From contig JANYDI010000148.1 of assembly GCA_025363695.1 (NCBI GenBank), forward strand, positions 1 through 40,617: 40,617 nucleotides of DNA, given 5' to 3'. Position numbers and translations under genes: made by a program. The stretch is from Opitutia bacterium (GTDB lineage Bacteria > Verrucomicrobiota > Verrucomicrobiia > Opitutales > JANYDI01). This document shows positions 9,318-21,718 of this stretch, piece by piece; the first letter of the stretch is position 1; each line of letters begins with the position of its first letter. The notes under the pieces are model-generated. The model saw only the letters and a list, made by a program, of their open reading frames with translations, made no database searches and had not been told where the DNA came from.

Positions 9318-11468
9318 TTAACTGCGCACAACCTGACGTGGTGAATTTTTAATGATTTGCTCTAATTGACTAGCAGGCACTTGCTCAAAATGTGAAGGAT
9401 CCATAGAGTAATCAGCACGCCCCTTAGACAGAGAACGCACTTCCGTCGCATAGCCAGTCATAGCTTCCAAGGGAACCTGACAACTTACAACAGCAAGAGT
9501 TCCTCGAATTTCCATATTCTGTATCTTGCCTCTTCTGCGATTAAGATCTCCCATAATGTCGCCTTGATACTCCTCCGGTGTGCGAACCTCAACGGCCATA
9601 ATAGGTTCCAAAAGTATTGGCTTTGCATTACGCATGGCTTCTTTAAAACCAAAAATACCTGCCATTTTAAAGGCAAGCTCCGAAGAGTCAACGTCGTGAA
9701 AACTCCCGTCGATCAAGCGCACCTTAAAATCAATAACGGGATAACCAGCAACTACACCATTATTTGCTGCCTCATTGATACCTTCAATGGAAGGCTTTAT
9801 AAATTCCTTGGGAATGGCTCCGCCGACAATTTCATTAATAATCTCGATTCCTTTTCCTTTTTCATTAGGCTCGAGCTTAAGCACCACATGTCCGTACTGA
9901 CCGCGGCCACCAGACTGTCGAATAAACTTTCCCTCTCCCTCGGAAGAAGCGGTAACGGTTTCTCTGTAGGCAATTTGAGGTTTTCCAGCCTCTGCCTCTA
10001 CTTTAAACTCACGAAACAAACGATCTCTCAGAATTTCAAGATGAAGCTCGCCCATTCCTGAGATGATAGTCTGACCCGTTTCATGGTTAGATGAAACAAA
10101 AAAAGTAGGATCCTCATCCGCAAGACGCTGAAGACCAATAGACATCCGCTCCTGATCGGCCTTAGTTTTTGGCTCGATCGACATACTAATCACGGGCTCA
10201 GGAAATGTTGGTGGCTCAAGAGAGATAACATGAGACTTATCACAGAGAGTATCGCCCGTTACAACCTCTTTAGCCCCAATAATAGCACAGATATCACCCG
10301 AATAAGCAACATCAATATCTTTTCGAGAATCTGCACCCATCAACACAAGTCGACTAATGCGCTCAGTTTTTTGAGTACGAGGATTATAGAGAGCTGCGCC
10401 CTTTTCAAGCTTTCCAGCATACACTCTAAAAAACACTAACTTCCCAACGTAAGGATCAGACCAAAGCTTAAAAACAAGACCAGCAACAGGGGTCCTATCG
10501 TCAGCAACTACAGAAACCTCTTCTCCGTCTGAATTGCAGGCCTTCGTCGGCACAACCTCAAGGGGGTTTGGTAAATAATCGATAACAGCGTCCAAAAGCA
10601 TTTGAACACCCTTATTCTTGAAGGCACTTCCAGGAATAACCGGAATAAATTTTCTCGCTAAAGTAGCCTTACGAATCGCTAGACGTATTTCATCGGCAGA
10701 AACAGCCGAACCTTCCAAATACTTCTCAGCCAAAACATCATCAAAATCTGAAAGAGCTTCAAGTAAGCGGTCGCGATATTTATGCACATCAGCCTTATAT
10801 TCAGCAGGGACATCAAGAATATTAAAGGCCATCCCGTCTTTGTCAGATGGATCGTAAACGTAAGCTTTTTCTTCTACGAGATCAATAATCCCTAAAAATC
10901 TATCCTCAGCTCCTATAGGAATATATATGGGATGTGCATTTCCGCCCAACTTGGTAACGATATCATTAACAGCTGAGTAAAAGTTTGCGCCCGATCGATC
11001 CATCTTATTGACAAAGGCAATTCTGGGCACATTGTACTTGTCCATCTGACGCCAAACCTTTTCAGATTGAGGCTGAACTCCAGCCACACCACAGAAAACA
11101 GCGATAGCACCATCAAGTACACGCAAAGAACGCTCCACCTCAGCAGTAAAGTCTACGTGCCCAGGGGTATCAATAAGATTAATCCGATGAGGAATAGATG
11201 GAAACAAGCCCGTTTTTGCAGTCCAACCACAAGAGATCGCAGCAGCCGTTATAGTAATTCCACGCTCACGTTCCTGCTCCATGTGATCAGTAACCGTGTT
11301 ACCATCATGGACATCGCCCATTTTATGAACAACCCCGGTATAAAACAAAATACGCTCAGTGGTAGTTGTTTTCCCGGCATCGATATGGGCAGCAATACCA
11401 ATATTTCGAGTAAACTCTAAAGGAAAGGAACGACTCGGTGAATTGGACTTTGATAAATTACTAGACAT
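9318..11468 (-). CDS. fusA: Elongation factor G
   Basis: NIGIAAHIDAGKTTTTERILFYTG, DTPGHVDF, NKMD GTPase motifs; 716 aa. Confidence 0.97.
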   Translation of the reverse strand: MSSNLSKSNSPSRSFPLEFTRNIGIAAHIDAGKTTTTERILFYTGVVHKMGDVHDGNTVTDHMEQERERGITITAAAISCGWTAKTGLFPSIPHRINLIDTPGHVDFTAEVERSLRVLDGAIAVFCGVAGVQPQSEKVWRQMDKYNVPRIAFVNKMDRSGANFYSAVNDIVTKLGGNAHPIYIPIGAEDRFLGIIDLVEEKAYVYDPSDKDGMAFNILDVPAEYKADVHKYRDRLLEALSDFDDVLAEKYLEGSAVSADEIRLAIRKATLARKFIPVIPGSAFKNKGVQMLLDAVIDYLPNPLEVVPTKACNSDGEEVSVVADDRTPVAGLVFKLWSDPYVGKLVFFRVYAGKLEKGAALYNPRTQKTERISRLVLMGADSRKDIDVAYSGDICAIIGAKEVVTGDTLCDKSHVISLEPPTFPEPVISMSIEPKTKADQERMSIGLQRLADEDPTFFVSSNHETGQTIISGMGELHLEILRDRLFREFKVEAEAGKPQIAYRETVTASSEGEGKFIRQSGGRGQYGHVVLKLEPNEKGKGIEIINEIVGGAIPKEFIKPSIEGINEAANNGVVAGYPVIDFKVRLIDGSFHDVDSSELAFKMAGIFGFKEAMRNAKPILLEPIMAVEVRTPEEYQGDIMGDLNRRRGKIQNMEIRGTLAVVSCQVPLEAMTGYATEVRSLSKGRADYSMDPSHFEQVPASQLEQIIKNSPRQVVRS

Positions 11469-11476
11469 ACAAACAA

Positions 11477-11947
11477 CTAACCTAGGTGAGAAAACACACG
11501 ATTGGCCTGAGCCATACGATGCACTTCTTCTTTTTTGCGAACAACCTCGCCAGTATTATTGTAAGAATCAACCAAAATGTCAGCAAGTGCCTCCATCATA
11601 GAAACCCCCTTCTTAGCGCGAGCTGCATCCCTAATCCACCTTAAAGCCAAACTTTGCTGACAATCATAAGATAGCTCCACGGGAACCGAATAGGTTGCAC
11701 CACCAAGACGACGGCTTTTTGCCTTAATCTTAGGACGTGCATTCGACAAAGCCCCTAAAAGCAAATCTACAGGATCGCCCTTACCCAAACGCTCACTGGC
11801 AATGCCAAAAGCATCATAAACAATCTTAGATGCAATCGATTTCTTGCCACTAAGCATGACAACGTTTATAAGATGGGATACAAGCGTACTTCCATACCTT
11901 GGATCAGGAACGCGATCACGAACTTCAGCCTTTCTGCGACGAGACAT
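11477..11947 (-). CDS. rpsG: 30S ribosomal protein S7
   Basis: MSRRRKAEVRDRVPDPRYGS...; synteny. Confidence 0.96.
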   Translation of the reverse strand: MSRRRKAEVRDRVPDPRYGSTLVSHLINVVMLSGKKSIASKIVYDAFGIASERLGKGDPVDLLLGALSNARPKIKAKSRRLGGATYSVPVELSYDCQQSLALRWIRDAARAKKGVSMMEALADILVDSYNNTGEVVRKKEEVHRMAQANRVFSHLG

Positions 11948-11965
11948 AATAACTACTCAACAACA

Positions 11966-12346
11966 CTACTTACCACTTTTAGGACGACGAACCCCATACT
12001 TTGAGCGACTTCTACGCCGCTTCTCGACACCCTTACAGTCCAAACACCCACGAACCACATGATAGCGCACCGCCGGAAGGTCCTTTACCCGTCCACCACG
12101 CACAAGAACAACGCTATGCTCTTGCAAGTTGTGTCCTTCGTCCGGAATATAGACAATACTTTCAATACCATTAGTCAAACGAACCTTTGCCACTTTTCTT
12201 ATGGCAGAGTTAGGCTTCTTGGGTGTTCTTGTCATAACCTGAACACAAACCCCACGTTTCTGAGGGTTGCCTGCTAAGGCAGGCGACTTGGAGCCACACA
12301 AGACTGGACATCTAGGACGGCGAATGAGCTGATTAATTGTCGGCAT
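11966..12346 (-). CDS. rpsL: 30S ribosomal protein S12
   Basis: Universal N-terminus [12 protein letters not shown] begins at the ATG at 12346; the track start at 12382 adds 12 unlikely residues. Confidence 0.95.
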   Translation of the reverse strand: MPTINQLIRRPRCPVLCGSKSPALAGNPQKRGVCVQVMTRTPKKPNSAIRKVAKVRLTNGIESIVYIPDEGHNLQEHSVVLVRGGRVKDLPAVRYHVVRGCLDCKGVEKRRRSRSKYGVRRPKSGK

Positions 12347-12475
12347 AACTATTGATCTTTTGAAAGGATGGAGCGTACGCATTCATTTTTTTTTAGCAAG
12401 CTTTTTTTTGCTTTTTTGTTCAAAACACAAAAAATACTTCTATTTTCTGGATGATAGATTCATGAAATAAATAAT

Positions 12476-15400
12476 CTAAAATGCAACCTGACGTTTGATC
12501 AGTTTCAGATCCTGATATAAAGAAAAACCAGTGCCGGCAGGAACGCGACGTCCGACGATAAGATTTTCCTTTAAACCTCTAAGCTCATCGCGCTTACCCA
12601 GGGTCGCAGCCTCGGTAAGAACGCGCGTTGTTTCCTGGAAGGAAGCCGCAGAAATAAAACTCTTCGTCTCCAAAGCAGCTTTTGTTACCCCCAGCAAAAC
12701 AGGCTCACCCTGAGAAGATTCACCCCCAGCATCAATCACGCGCACATTCTCGAGCATAAAATCATAACGATCAGCCTGAGCGCCCCATAGGAAATTCGCA
12801 TCTCCTGGATCAATAATCCGTACTTTTCGGAGCATTTGAGAGATTATCAACTCTATATGCTTATCATTGATAATAACCCCCTGCAACCTATAAACTTTTT
12901 GTATCTCAGAAAGCAGATACTCCTGGACAGCACGAGGCCCCAAAATCTCGAGGATTTCATGCGGATCGGCAGATCCTTCTGTAATGTGTTGCCCCTTACG
13001 AACCACATCGCCAGCATGCACAATGATATGCTTTCCATGCGGAATCAGATGCTCTTCTTGTTGCGCCGTTTCTTGATCGGTAATAACCAATCGCTTCTTG
13101 CCTCTGACCGTTCCAGCCAAAGAAACAATTCCGTCTATTTTAGCCATTTCAGCGGCATCCTTAGGTCTCCTGGCTTCAAAAAGCTCGGCGACCCTAGGAA
13201 GTCCCCCGGTAATATCTTGTGTTTTTGAGGCTTGACGTGATGTTTTTGCCAAAAGCGCCCCAGGAGCAATCATGTCTCCCTCTTCAACCACCAGTTGCGC
13301 TCCTGTAGGAATGACGTACGTTGCGATCACCTTCGATTTTTTGACAGCATCTATGGAATCATACTCTAGACCGGAAACATATTCATGAATCTGAATTTGA
13401 GGACTTAAGTCTTCTTTGTGTTCAATAACAACAATCCCAACCTGCCCTGTTGCTTCGTCTAGCTGACGCTTCACCGTAACTCCGGCAATCATGTCGCCAA
13501 ATATAACGATTCCCGCTCTTTCAGACAAAATAGGCGCATGGTGAGGATCCCATATGGCAAGCGTCTGCCCTGCCTCAATGAGATTACCGTCCGCAACGGC
13601 CAAAACGGCACCAGCCACAATACCATAGGTCTCCAATTCCTTGCCATCAGAGTCGACAATACTAATAGAACCCGTTTTATTAAGCACGATATTAGAACCG
13701 TCTTCCGCTGGCACGAAACGCAAGCCTCGATATTTTACTCTTCCAGCATTACGTACTGCAATTTCAGGATTTTTGAAGACCTGACTGGCAATCCCCCCGA
13801 TGTGGAAAGTACGCATGGTAAGCTGTGTTCCAGGCTCTCCGATAGATTGCGCGGCAATGATGCCCACGGCGCGGCCGATTTCCACCAGCTCATTTGTCGA
13901 CGGATCCGTACCATACTCCAAGGCCGTAGCGCCCACCTCAACGCGACTGGTTAAGGGGGACATGATCTTTATACGCTCAATGCCAAAATCCTCTATAAGC
14001 TTGGCAACCGCCTCGGTGATAATTTCTCCGTTTTTAACTAAAAGGCTTTGAGGATCTAGGGGATTAGGAAGGTCTAGGGCTGAAGTTCTCCCCACGATGC
14101 GATCAAAAAGAGGCACAATTTCGTCATCGCCTTCACGAATCGCATATTTCCATATACCATCACGATTGCCATCATCCACTTCTTTAATAATGCAATCCAT
14201 CGCGACATCGCACAACTTCCGAGTCAGGTAACCGGCATCGGCAGTTTTCAGCGCAACGTCCGAAAGTCCTTTACGAGCACCGTGTGTCGAAATAAAATAC
14301 TCAAACACATTCAGGCCCTCACGGAAAGACGAAATGATAGGCCGTTCAATAATCGCACCTGAAGGCGTTGCCATAAGACCTCGCATCCCGCACAGCTGAC
14401 GCACCTGCTGACGGTTACCCCGAGCACCCGAATTAGTCATGATGGAAACGGGATTGATTTCACCCTTCCCTTCATTGACCTCCAGACGCTTAAACACGGA
14501 CTTGGCAACCTCATCGGTAGCACTCGTCCAGGTGTCGATGATCTTATTTGAGCGTTCCCCTAGGGTCAAAATACCTCTTCGGTATTGATTTTCAACTTCC
14601 TGAATCTTCTTTTTGGCCGCTTCTATAATTTTTGGCTTGTCCTTCGGGATGATCATATCGCCCATGCCTATGGAAATACCAGAACGTGTAGCAACGTTAA
14701 ACCCGATCTCCTTCATCCGATCTAACGTGTGTATCGTTTCTATTTTACCACAAGCTTTATAGGTACTATAAATAAGATCTCCCAATTTTGCCTTGGAAGC
14801 CGGTGCATTAACAAAACCCAATTCCGAAGGCCATATCGTATTGAATATAATACGTCCTATCGTCGTTCGAAGATACTTACGCTCCGAATCTCCATACTGA
14901 GTTTCCTTTTTGTAGTCCGGATTCGAGTAATTAACCCAATCATGGTATGATAACACCCCTTCAACTTGAGCAAAAAGTGCCTCGTTAATGCTTGCTATGA
15001 GAGGAATTCGCTGACCATCAAGAACTTTTTTAGCAGGATCTAGGGTTAAGTAATACGAACCCAGTACAATGTCCTGTGAAGGCGTTAAAGTCGGCTTTCC
15101 ACTGGAAGGTGAAAAAATGTTCTGAGTTGCCATCATCAAGAGCTTACACTCGAGAATAGCTTCCAGCGACAAAGGCACATGCACGGCCATTTGGTCTCCG
15201 TCAAAGTCCGCATTATAAGGCGTGCACACAAGAGGATGCACGCGAATAGCGTCCCCTTCGATCAAAATCGGCTCAAAGGCCTGAATGGAAAGGCGGTGCA
15301 AAGTCGGCGCGCGATTCAGTAAAACAGGATGCCCTCGGGTAACTTCTTCCAAAATATCCCAAACCTCTGGCGAGCGCTTTTCTATCATGCGGCGCGCCCC

Positions 15401-16657
15401 TCGAACCGTATGGACAAAGCTAAGCTCCTTGAGTCGCTTAATGATAAACGGTTCAAAAAGAACCAACGCCATTTTCTTAGGCAAACCACATTGATGCAGC
15501 TTAAGCTCCGGCCCGATTACAATAACCGAGCGACCACTATAGTCTACGCGTTTACCTAAAAGATTTTGACGAAAACGCCCATTTTTTCCCTTCAGCGAGT
15601 CACTCAAGGACTTTAAAGGCCTATTTCCAGCTCCAGCAAAAGGCTTACCATGCCGCCCATTATCAAAATACGCATCCACAGATTCCTGCAACATGCGCAT
15701 TTCATTATGGATAATGACGTCAGGAGTTTTTAACTGCAGCAAATTCTTAAGGCGATTATTTCTATTAATCACGCGCCTAAGCAAATCATTAAGATCACTC
15801 GTGGCAAAGCGCCCGCCTTCCAGCGGAACCAAGGGCCTTAAATCAGGAGGAATAACAGGCAGCACCTCCAAAACCATCCACTCAGGACGTGCGCCAGAAT
15901 CGATAAAACCCTGAGTCACCTCCAAGCGCTTAGAAAGTTTTTTCTTTATTTGCTTGGATCGTGTACTGTAAAGCTGCTCCGTAAGCGCGGCAACCAGCGC
16001 CTGCAAATCCAAGCGCCTAAGGATATCCAACAAGGCACCAGCCCCCATTTTTGCAGTAAAAGCATCCTCGCCATATTCCTCCTGGAACTGAACATACTCC
16101 TGCTCGTTAAGCAACTGCTTTTCCTCCAGACCCGTATGCCCGGGATCCGTGATCATGTAGTTTTCGTAATAGACAACGCGTTCCAGATTCCGAGCTGTAA
16201 CATCCAGCAAAAGACTCAAGCGGCTAGGCATATTTTTCAAAAACCAAATATGCGAAACAGGAACCGCCAGCTCAATATGCCCCATGCGTTCACGACGCAC
16301 GCGAGAAATCGTCACCTTAACGCCACAACGATCGCAAGTAACATCCTTAAACTTGATACGTTTATACTTGCCGCAGGCACATTCATAATCACGCAAAGGA
16401 CCGAATATACGTTGACAAAAAAGTCCATCAGGCTCAGGCTTCAGCGTCCGATAATTGATCGTTTCAGGACTTTTCACCTCTCCATAAGACCATTCGCGAA
16501 TTTTCATCGGAGAGGCTATCGAAATAGAAAGTCCATTAAAAGGACGCTCTTCCTGTATGCCCAGCGCTTCTGTAAATCGTTGACTATCCGTCTCCGACCA
16601 TTGCAATTTTTCTTTAGGAACGGAGGCTTCCTTCGTGGAGTTTTTTGTCTTTATCAT
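12476..16657 (-). CDS. rpoC: DNA-directed RNA polymerase subunit beta prime
   Basis: 1393 aa; zinc motif CACGKYKR...CDRCGV; catalytic [12 protein letters not shown]. Confidence 0.98.
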   Translation of the reverse strand: MIKTKNSTKEASVPKEKLQWSETDSQRFTEALGIQEERPFNGLSISIASPMKIREWSYGEVKSPETINYRTLKPEPDGLFCQRIFGPLRDYECACGKYKRIKFKDVTCDRCGVKVTISRVRRERMGHIELAVPVSHIWFLKNMPSRLSLLLDVTARNLERVVYYENYMITDPGHTGLEEKQLLNEQEYVQFQEEYGEDAFTAKMGAGALLDILRRLDLQALVAALTEQLYSTRSKQIKKKLSKRLEVTQGFIDSGARPEWMVLEVLPVIPPDLRPLVPLEGGRFATSDLNDLLRRVINRNNRLKNLLQLKTPDVIIHNEMRMLQESVDAYFDNGRHGKPFAGAGNRPLKSLSDSLKGKNGRFRQNLLGKRVDYSGRSVIVIGPELKLHQCGLPKKMALVLFEPFIIKRLKELSFVHTVRGARRMIEKRSPEVWDILEEVTRGHPVLLNRAPTLHRLSIQAFEPILIEGDAIRVHPLVCTPYNADFDGDQMAVHVPLSLEAILECKLLMMATQNIFSPSSGKPTLTPSQDIVLGSYYLTLDPAKKVLDGQRIPLIASINEALFAQVEGVLSYHDWVNYSNPDYKKETQYGDSERKYLRTTIGRIIFNTIWPSELGFVNAPASKAKLGDLIYSTYKACGKIETIHTLDRMKEIGFNVATRSGISIGMGDMIIPKDKPKIIEAAKKKIQEVENQYRRGILTLGERSNKIIDTWTSATDEVAKSVFKRLEVNEGKGEINPVSIMTNSGARGNRQQVRQLCGMRGLMATPSGAIIERPIISSFREGLNVFEYFISTHGARKGLSDVALKTADAGYLTRKLCDVAMDCIIKEVDDGNRDGIWKYAIREGDDEIVPLFDRIVGRTSALDLPNPLDPQSLLVKNGEIITEAVAKLIEDFGIERIKIMSPLTSRVEVGATALEYGTDPSTNELVEIGRAVGIIAAQSIGEPGTQLTMRTFHIGGIASQVFKNPEIAVRNAGRVKYRGLRFVPAEDGSNIVLNKTGSISIVDSDGKELETYGIVAGAVLAVADGNLIEAGQTLAIWDPHHAPILSERAGIVIFGDMIAGVTVKRQLDEATGQVGIVVIEHKEDLSPQIQIHEYVSGLEYDSIDAVKKSKVIATYVIPTGAQLVVEEGDMIAPGALLAKTSRQASKTQDITGGLPRVAELFEARRPKDAAEMAKIDGIVSLAGTVRGKKRLVITDQETAQQEEHLIPHGKHIIVHAGDVVRKGQHITEGSADPHEILEILGPRAVQEYLLSEIQKVYRLQGVIINDKHIELIISQMLRKVRIIDPGDANFLWGAQADRYDFMLENVRVIDAGGESSQGEPVLLGVTKAALETKSFISAASFQETTRVLTEAATLGKRDELRGLKENLIVGRRVPAGTGFSLYQDLKLIKRQVAF

Positions 16658-16684
16658 GGTGTCCTTTACAGCAAGTTCCAGCGA

Positions 16685-19600
16685 TCAACCTAACAACTTT
16701 ATATCTTCAACGCCTTCATTATCTAATTCCAGATCAAGGCACAAACTCTGGATTTCTTTTCGCAATACATTAAAGGACTCTGGGATCCCAGCCTCGAGAT
16801 TATTAACATCTTTAACCAGATTTTCATACATCTTCGTACGACGAGCCACGTCATCAGACTTAACCGTCAAAAGCTCCTGCAGCGTATAGGCAGCCCCATA
16901 GGCCTCAAGCGCCCAAACTTCCATTTCTCCAAAACGTTGACCCCCATACTGAGCTTTCCCACCCAGAGGTTGCTGAGTAATTAAACTATAAGGACCTACT
17001 GCCCGCGCGTGGATTTTATCAGCAACAAGGTGGTTCAGCTTCATCATATAAAGGTAGCCAACCGTCACCTCTTGATCAAAAAAATCTCCCGAACGGCCGT
17101 CTATCAAACGCGATTTACCGTGAGAAGGCAGACCCGCTTTTTTAAGTAAATCAACAATCTGAGACTCCTTGATCCCGTCAAAAACAGGCGTAGCAATGGA
17201 AATCCCCAATTCCTTACAGGCCCAACCCAAATGCGTTTCCAAAACTTGTCCCACATTCATCCGACTAGGAACGCCTAAGGGATTGAGCACAATTTGAACA
17301 GGGGTTCCATCGGGCATATAAGGCATATCTGCTTCAGGAACAATTTTTGCAACAACGCCTTTATTTCCATGGCGCCCAGCCATCTTATCACCTACCTGTA
17401 TTTTTCGCTTAGCAGCGATGTAAACCTTGACACTCTTAATAACCCGTTGAGTTGCATCCAACCCTGCCTGCACATCGGCAACTTTTCTATCCCTTTCTTG
17501 ATCCATTTCATCAAATCGAGACTGAAAGGAACTAATGATATCCATGATTTTGATTCGAACCGGAGAAGGATCTATATCAACATGAACATATACGGCAGCC
17601 AACCGACGCAACAGCGTTTTGGTAATTTTCCTATTAGCAGGAATAATGATTTCTCCCGTTTCTTTATTGCGGACATCGAGAGGAATTTTTTCACCTAAAA
17701 GGATATTAGAAAGCGCCTCGGTCAAATCTTCGCGAATTTTATCTGAATCGCTTTTGTAGTCCTCGTTAATTTTCTTGATATGACGACGCTTGTCCGAAGG
17801 CGAGAGCTTCTCCGCATCCCCTTCTGTGCGGCTTGAAACGCGAACATCCCGCACAACACCATAAATTCCTGAAGGCACGATCAAAGAAGTATCCTTAACG
17901 TCAGCGGCTTTCTCGCCGAAAATAGCACGTAACAGCTTTTCCTCGGGAGCCAACTCGGTTTCGCTTTTGGGCGTAATTTTACCCACAAGAATATCGCCGG
18001 GCTTAACATGAGCCCCCACTAAAATAACGCCTTCTCGGTCCAAATACTTGAGCGCTTCTTCACCAATACTAGGAATATCACGAGTAATCTCCTCGGGCCC
18101 CAACTTGGTATCCCTGGCAATAATTTCAAATTCCTCTATATGAATTGAGGTAAAGATATCGTCCTTTAACAGCTTTTCACTCAGAAGAATAGCATCTTCG
18201 AAGTTATAGCCATTCCATGGCATAAAGGCAACAAGGACATTGAACCCTAAGGCAAGCTCTCCTCGCTCAGTAGAAGCACCATCAGCTAAAACACTCCCAA
18301 TTTTAACGGATTCTCCTAATTTAACAATGGGCCTTTGATTAAAACAGGTCCCATTATTGGATCTTAAAAACTTAATAAGTTTATAAACATAGAGATCCTT
18401 ACTTTCAGGCGTATCGTAGTCGAAACGCGCTGGCAAACTGCCGTCAGGCGTCACGACAATACAGAAGGCATCAACAAAAGCAACTTTGCCCTCTGAATGC
18501 GATAGAATAACGGTCCCCGAATCCTCGGCAACCAAACGCTCAATACCTGTACCAACAAAAGGCGCCTGAGTCCTTAACAGCGGAACCCCCTGCCGCTGCA
18601 TGTTTGATCCCATAAGGGCACGATTGGCGTCATCGTGCTCAAGAAACGGAATCAAACCTGAAGCCACTGAAACCAGCTGCTTGGGCGAAAGATCGATATA
18701 ATTCACCTGTTCAGGCTCGATTTCGACAAAATCATCGCGCCTACGCACGGTAACAGGCCCTATAAGCTTCCCCTCTTTATCCAAAGCAGCATCGGCCTGA
18801 GCTACGGTAAAATTCTCTTCCTGATCAGCCGTCAAATACTCAATGGCTTCCGTAACGACACCCTCTAATACCTTTCGATAGGGCGTTTCAATAAAACCAA
18901 ACTCATTAATCTTCGCATAAATACTTAAGGAGTTAATGAGCCCAATATTAGGACCTTCGGGTGTTTCAATGGGGCAAATTCGCCCATAATGCGAGGGATG
19001 TACGTCACGCACCTCAAATCCAGCTCGATCACGATTCAAACCACCAGGTCCTAAGGCTGAAAGTCGACGCTTATGGGTAAGCGCCGCCAAAGGATTAATT
19101 TGATCCATGAACTGACTAAGCTGACTTCGAGCAAAAAAATCCCGAACAACGGTACTAAGCGCCTTTGGATTGATGAGCTTTTGAGGACTTATAGAATCTA
19201 CGCTTTGGTCATATAACGCCATACGTTCCTTGACTAGACGTTCAGTCCGAGCCAGGCCAACGCGACACTGATTCATCAAAAGTTCACCGACCGTACGCAC
19301 GCGACGACTCCCTAAGTGATCAATATCATCAACAACACCCTCCCCGCGCTTCAGTCGGGCAAGATACTTTGTGGCTTCGACAATATCGTCTGCCTGGACA
19401 ATTCTACAATGGATTTCTGTCGAAAGTCCCAGCTTCTGGTTGAGCTTATAGCGCCCGACTTTTCCAAGATCATAGCGTTTTGGATCTTGAAACAATCTCC
19501 GCAATAATGATTTTGCGTTAGCTACCGTAGCCGGCTCTCCAGGACGCAAGCGCTTGTAGATATCCTTCAGCGCCTCATCCTCATTACGCGAAGGGTCTTT

Positions 19601-20467
19601 TTTCAGGCAACGAATGATAAGACCATCGTCAAAACTAGAATCAACGATACGCAGCGCATCAATGCCATTTTTATGGCAAGAACGCAGAATCGTTTTCGTC
19701 AAGGGCTCAAAAGCGCGAGCAAGCACAATCCCCCTTTGGGCATCAATAACATCCTCGACAAGAACCAAATGCGAAACATTCTCGCTTTTTAGAACAGAAT
19801 CCAGTCTGATATTTTTTATTTCATAAAATAGCTGTAAAATGTCATAATCAGAAGAATACCCCATTGCCCTCAGGAATGTAGTAATCAGGAACTTGCGACG
19901 ACGGCGACGACGATCCAAATAAACATAAAGCAAGTCATTTTGATCGAACTGAACCTCAATCCAAGTGCCTCTATCGGGCATGATACGGAAGGAACGCAGA
20001 AGCTTTCCGCTCGCATGCATCGATTCTTCAAAGCAAATACCCGGTGAACGGCAAAGCTGGTTCACCACAACGGTTTCATCTCCATTGATGATAAACGAAC
20101 CATGTTGCGTCATCATTGGAAATTCACCCATATAGATTTCTTCTTCCTTAACGAGATCCCCCTCCCTTAGCCGAAGCGTAAGATACAAGGAGAACGTATA
20201 AGTAGTTCCATTATTTATGGTATTAGACTCACTCTCCTTAGGCTCCCCTAAGCGATAAGAAACATACTCCAAGACATAACGTCCGTCGTAGCTCTCCACC
20301 GGAAACACCTCATAAAAGACTGCATGCAAACCCACTAGGTCCAGTTTTTCCAACGGGACTCCAAATTGCAGGAACTCCCGAAATGAATCAATTTGGTTTT
20401 GAATCAGTTTCGGAGGCGCGATGATCTCTTGTATTTTACCGAAGTTAATGCGTATCTCAGAAGACAT
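16685..20467 (-). CDS. rpoB: DNA-directed RNA polymerase subunit beta
   Basis: About 1260 aa with conserved beta-subunit blocks (...GDKMAGRHGNKGVV..., ...PSRMNVGQ...). ATG at 20467 preferred; a TTG at 20473 is possible. Confidence 0.98.
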   Translation of the reverse strand: MSSEIRINFGKIQEIIAPPKLIQNQIDSFREFLQFGVPLEKLDLVGLHAVFYEVFPVESYDGRYVLEYVSYRLGEPKESESNTINNGTTYTFSLYLTLRLREGDLVKEEEIYMGEFPMMTQHGSFIINGDETVVVNQLCRSPGICFEESMHASGKLLRSFRIMPDRGTWIEVQFDQNDLLYVYLDRRRRRRKFLITTFLRAMGYSSDYDILQLFYEIKNIRLDSVLKSENVSHLVLVEDVIDAQRGIVLARAFEPLTKTILRSCHKNGIDALRIVDSSFDDGLIIRCLKKDPSRNEDEALKDIYKRLRPGEPATVANAKSLLRRLFQDPKRYDLGKVGRYKLNQKLGLSTEIHCRIVQADDIVEATKYLARLKRGEGVVDDIDHLGSRRVRTVGELLMNQCRVGLARTERLVKERMALYDQSVDSISPQKLINPKALSTVVRDFFARSQLSQFMDQINPLAALTHKRRLSALGPGGLNRDRAGFEVRDVHPSHYGRICPIETPEGPNIGLINSLSIYAKINEFGFIETPYRKVLEGVVTEAIEYLTADQEENFTVAQADAALDKEGKLIGPVTVRRRDDFVEIEPEQVNYIDLSPKQLVSVASGLIPFLEHDDANRALMGSNMQRQGVPLLRTQAPFVGTGIERLVAEDSGTVILSHSEGKVAFVDAFCIVVTPDGSLPARFDYDTPESKDLYVYKLIKFLRSNNGTCFNQRPIVKLGESVKIGSVLADGASTERGELALGFNVLVAFMPWNGYNFEDAILLSEKLLKDDIFTSIHIEEFEIIARDTKLGPEEITRDIPSIGEEALKYLDREGVILVGAHVKPGDILVGKITPKSETELAPEEKLLRAIFGEKAADVKDTSLIVPSGIYGVVRDVRVSSRTEGDAEKLSPSDKRRHIKKINEDYKSDSDKIREDLTEALSNILLGEKIPLDVRNKETGEIIIPANRKITKTLLRRLAAVYVHVDIDPSPVRIKIMDIISSFQSRFDEMDQERDRKVADVQAGLDATQRVIKSVKVYIAAKRKIQVGDKMAGRHGNKGVVAKIVPEADMPYMPDGTPVQIVLNPLGVPSRMNVGQVLETHLGWACKELGISIATPVFDGIKESQIVDLLKKAGLPSHGKSRLIDGRSGDFFDQEVTVGYLYMMKLNHLVADKIHARAVGPYSLITQQPLGGKAQYGGQRFGEMEVWALEAYGAAYTLQELLTVKSDDVARRTKMYENLVKDVNNLEAGIPESFNVLRKEIQSLCLDLELDNEGVEDIKLLG

Positions 20468-20723
20468 AAACAAACGGCTCAGTTATGGGATAAAACAGCA
20501 AAACTTCCATGACAGCGAATGGCTGCCACAAAGGTTTTTTAGCTGAAACGTGTACAAAAAAATGAGGCCGAAGTCACTTTTAAGCAAGTCGCATGAGCGA
20601 TTCATCGTTTTTTAATTACAGCTCAAAATAATAAAAGGAAGCCTAGTCTAGTAACATAACTAAACTAAGCCTTCCCAAACAAAGAATGACTTATCAATCG
20701 AGACGCATTTGAGGATAAAAATC

Positions 20724-21107
20724 CTACTTAATCTCAACTTCAGCACCCGCTTCTTCAAGCTTTTTCTTGATTTCCTGTGCCTGCTCTTTGCTAAGCGCTT
20801 CCTTGATGACCTTAGGCGCAGCTTCTACGAGATCCTTGGTTTCCTTCAATCCCAAAGCTGTGATTTCGCGAACGACCTTAATGACATTAAGCTTATTGGG
20901 TCCACCTGATTTAAGCACAACATCAAACTCCGTCTTCTCCTCAACAGCTTCCACCGAAGCTCCCGAGCTAGCCGCAGCTGCTACAGCAACCGGTGCCGCT
21001 GCGCTCACGCCCCACTTTACTTCCAGGTCTTTTACAAGCCCTGCGATTTCCAAAACAGACTGATTACTCAACCAATCAATGACTAATTCTTTACTAAGTT
21101 GCGACAT
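20724..21107 (-). CDS. rplL: 50S ribosomal protein L7/L12
   Basis: 127 aa, Ala-rich hinge, C-terminus ...[14 protein letters not shown]. Confidence 0.96.
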   Translation of the reverse strand: MSQLSKELVIDWLSNQSVLEIAGLVKDLEVKWGVSAAAPVAVAAAASSGASVEAVEEKTEFDVVLKSGGPNKLNVIKVVREITALGLKETKDLVEAAPKVIKEALSKEQAQEIKKKLEEAGAEVEIK

Positions 21108-21206
21108 GATTTTTTTTACGATTAGCGTTAAGAAACATTTAAGAGCAGCCTGCTCCTAACCGATTCACAGTGTAAAACCAAGACTTTAGAGTCTTGATTT
21201 AAAATT

Positions 21207-21713
21207 TTAAGCTGACTTGCTTTCCACATAGGCCTGCAGCACACGAGCAACAGACGAAGGCACCGCTTGGCAGACAGTAACAAATTGACGAGCGGGTGTA
21301 GAAAGAAGCCCTACAAATTGAGCACGCATAACATCCAGCGAAGGCAACTCGGCCAAACGATCGATGTCTGCCGCATTAAGAACGGAGCGGTGCAAAGCTC
21401 CTGATTTAATGCTTAGCTTATTTTTTTCCTTTATAAAAGCCTTAAGAACTTTTGCAACCTCAGACGCATCTGATTTGCCGCAGACAAGCGCCGTAGGGCC
21501 ATTAATCGACCCCAAAGAAATACCCTTCTCCGCCAGAACACGAGAAAGCAGCGTATTTTTCACAACGTGAAAACGCGCCTTGTGCTGCGCCAAGCGCCGT
21601 CTAAGCTCCTGGACATCAAGGACCGTTATCTTTTGATAGTCGGTGAGAAAGAAATAGCTCGCATGCTCCAATTTAGAAGCAATATCTTCCGCCAAATATT
21701 TTTTAATTTCCAT
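21207..21713 (-). CDS. rplJ: 50S ribosomal protein L10
   Basis: 168 aa; position between rplA and rplL; L10-like sequence. Confidence 0.92.
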   Translation of the reverse strand: MEIKKYLAEDIASKLEHASYFFLTDYQKITVLDVQELRRRLAQHKARFHVVKNTLLSRVLAEKGISLGSINGPTALVCGKSDASEVAKVLKAFIKEKNKLSIKSGALHRSVLNAADIDRLAELPSLDVMRAQFVGLLSTPARQFVTVCQAVPSSVARVLQAYVESKSA

Positions 21714-21718
21714 AACGA

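Noticed and set aside
20690-20723. The small hairpin AGGAT-TTTT-ATCCT just after rplL as the classical rplL-rpoB attenuator
   Set aside because: It has only a 5-bp AT-rich stem and no T-run, which is too weak to call from sequence alone.
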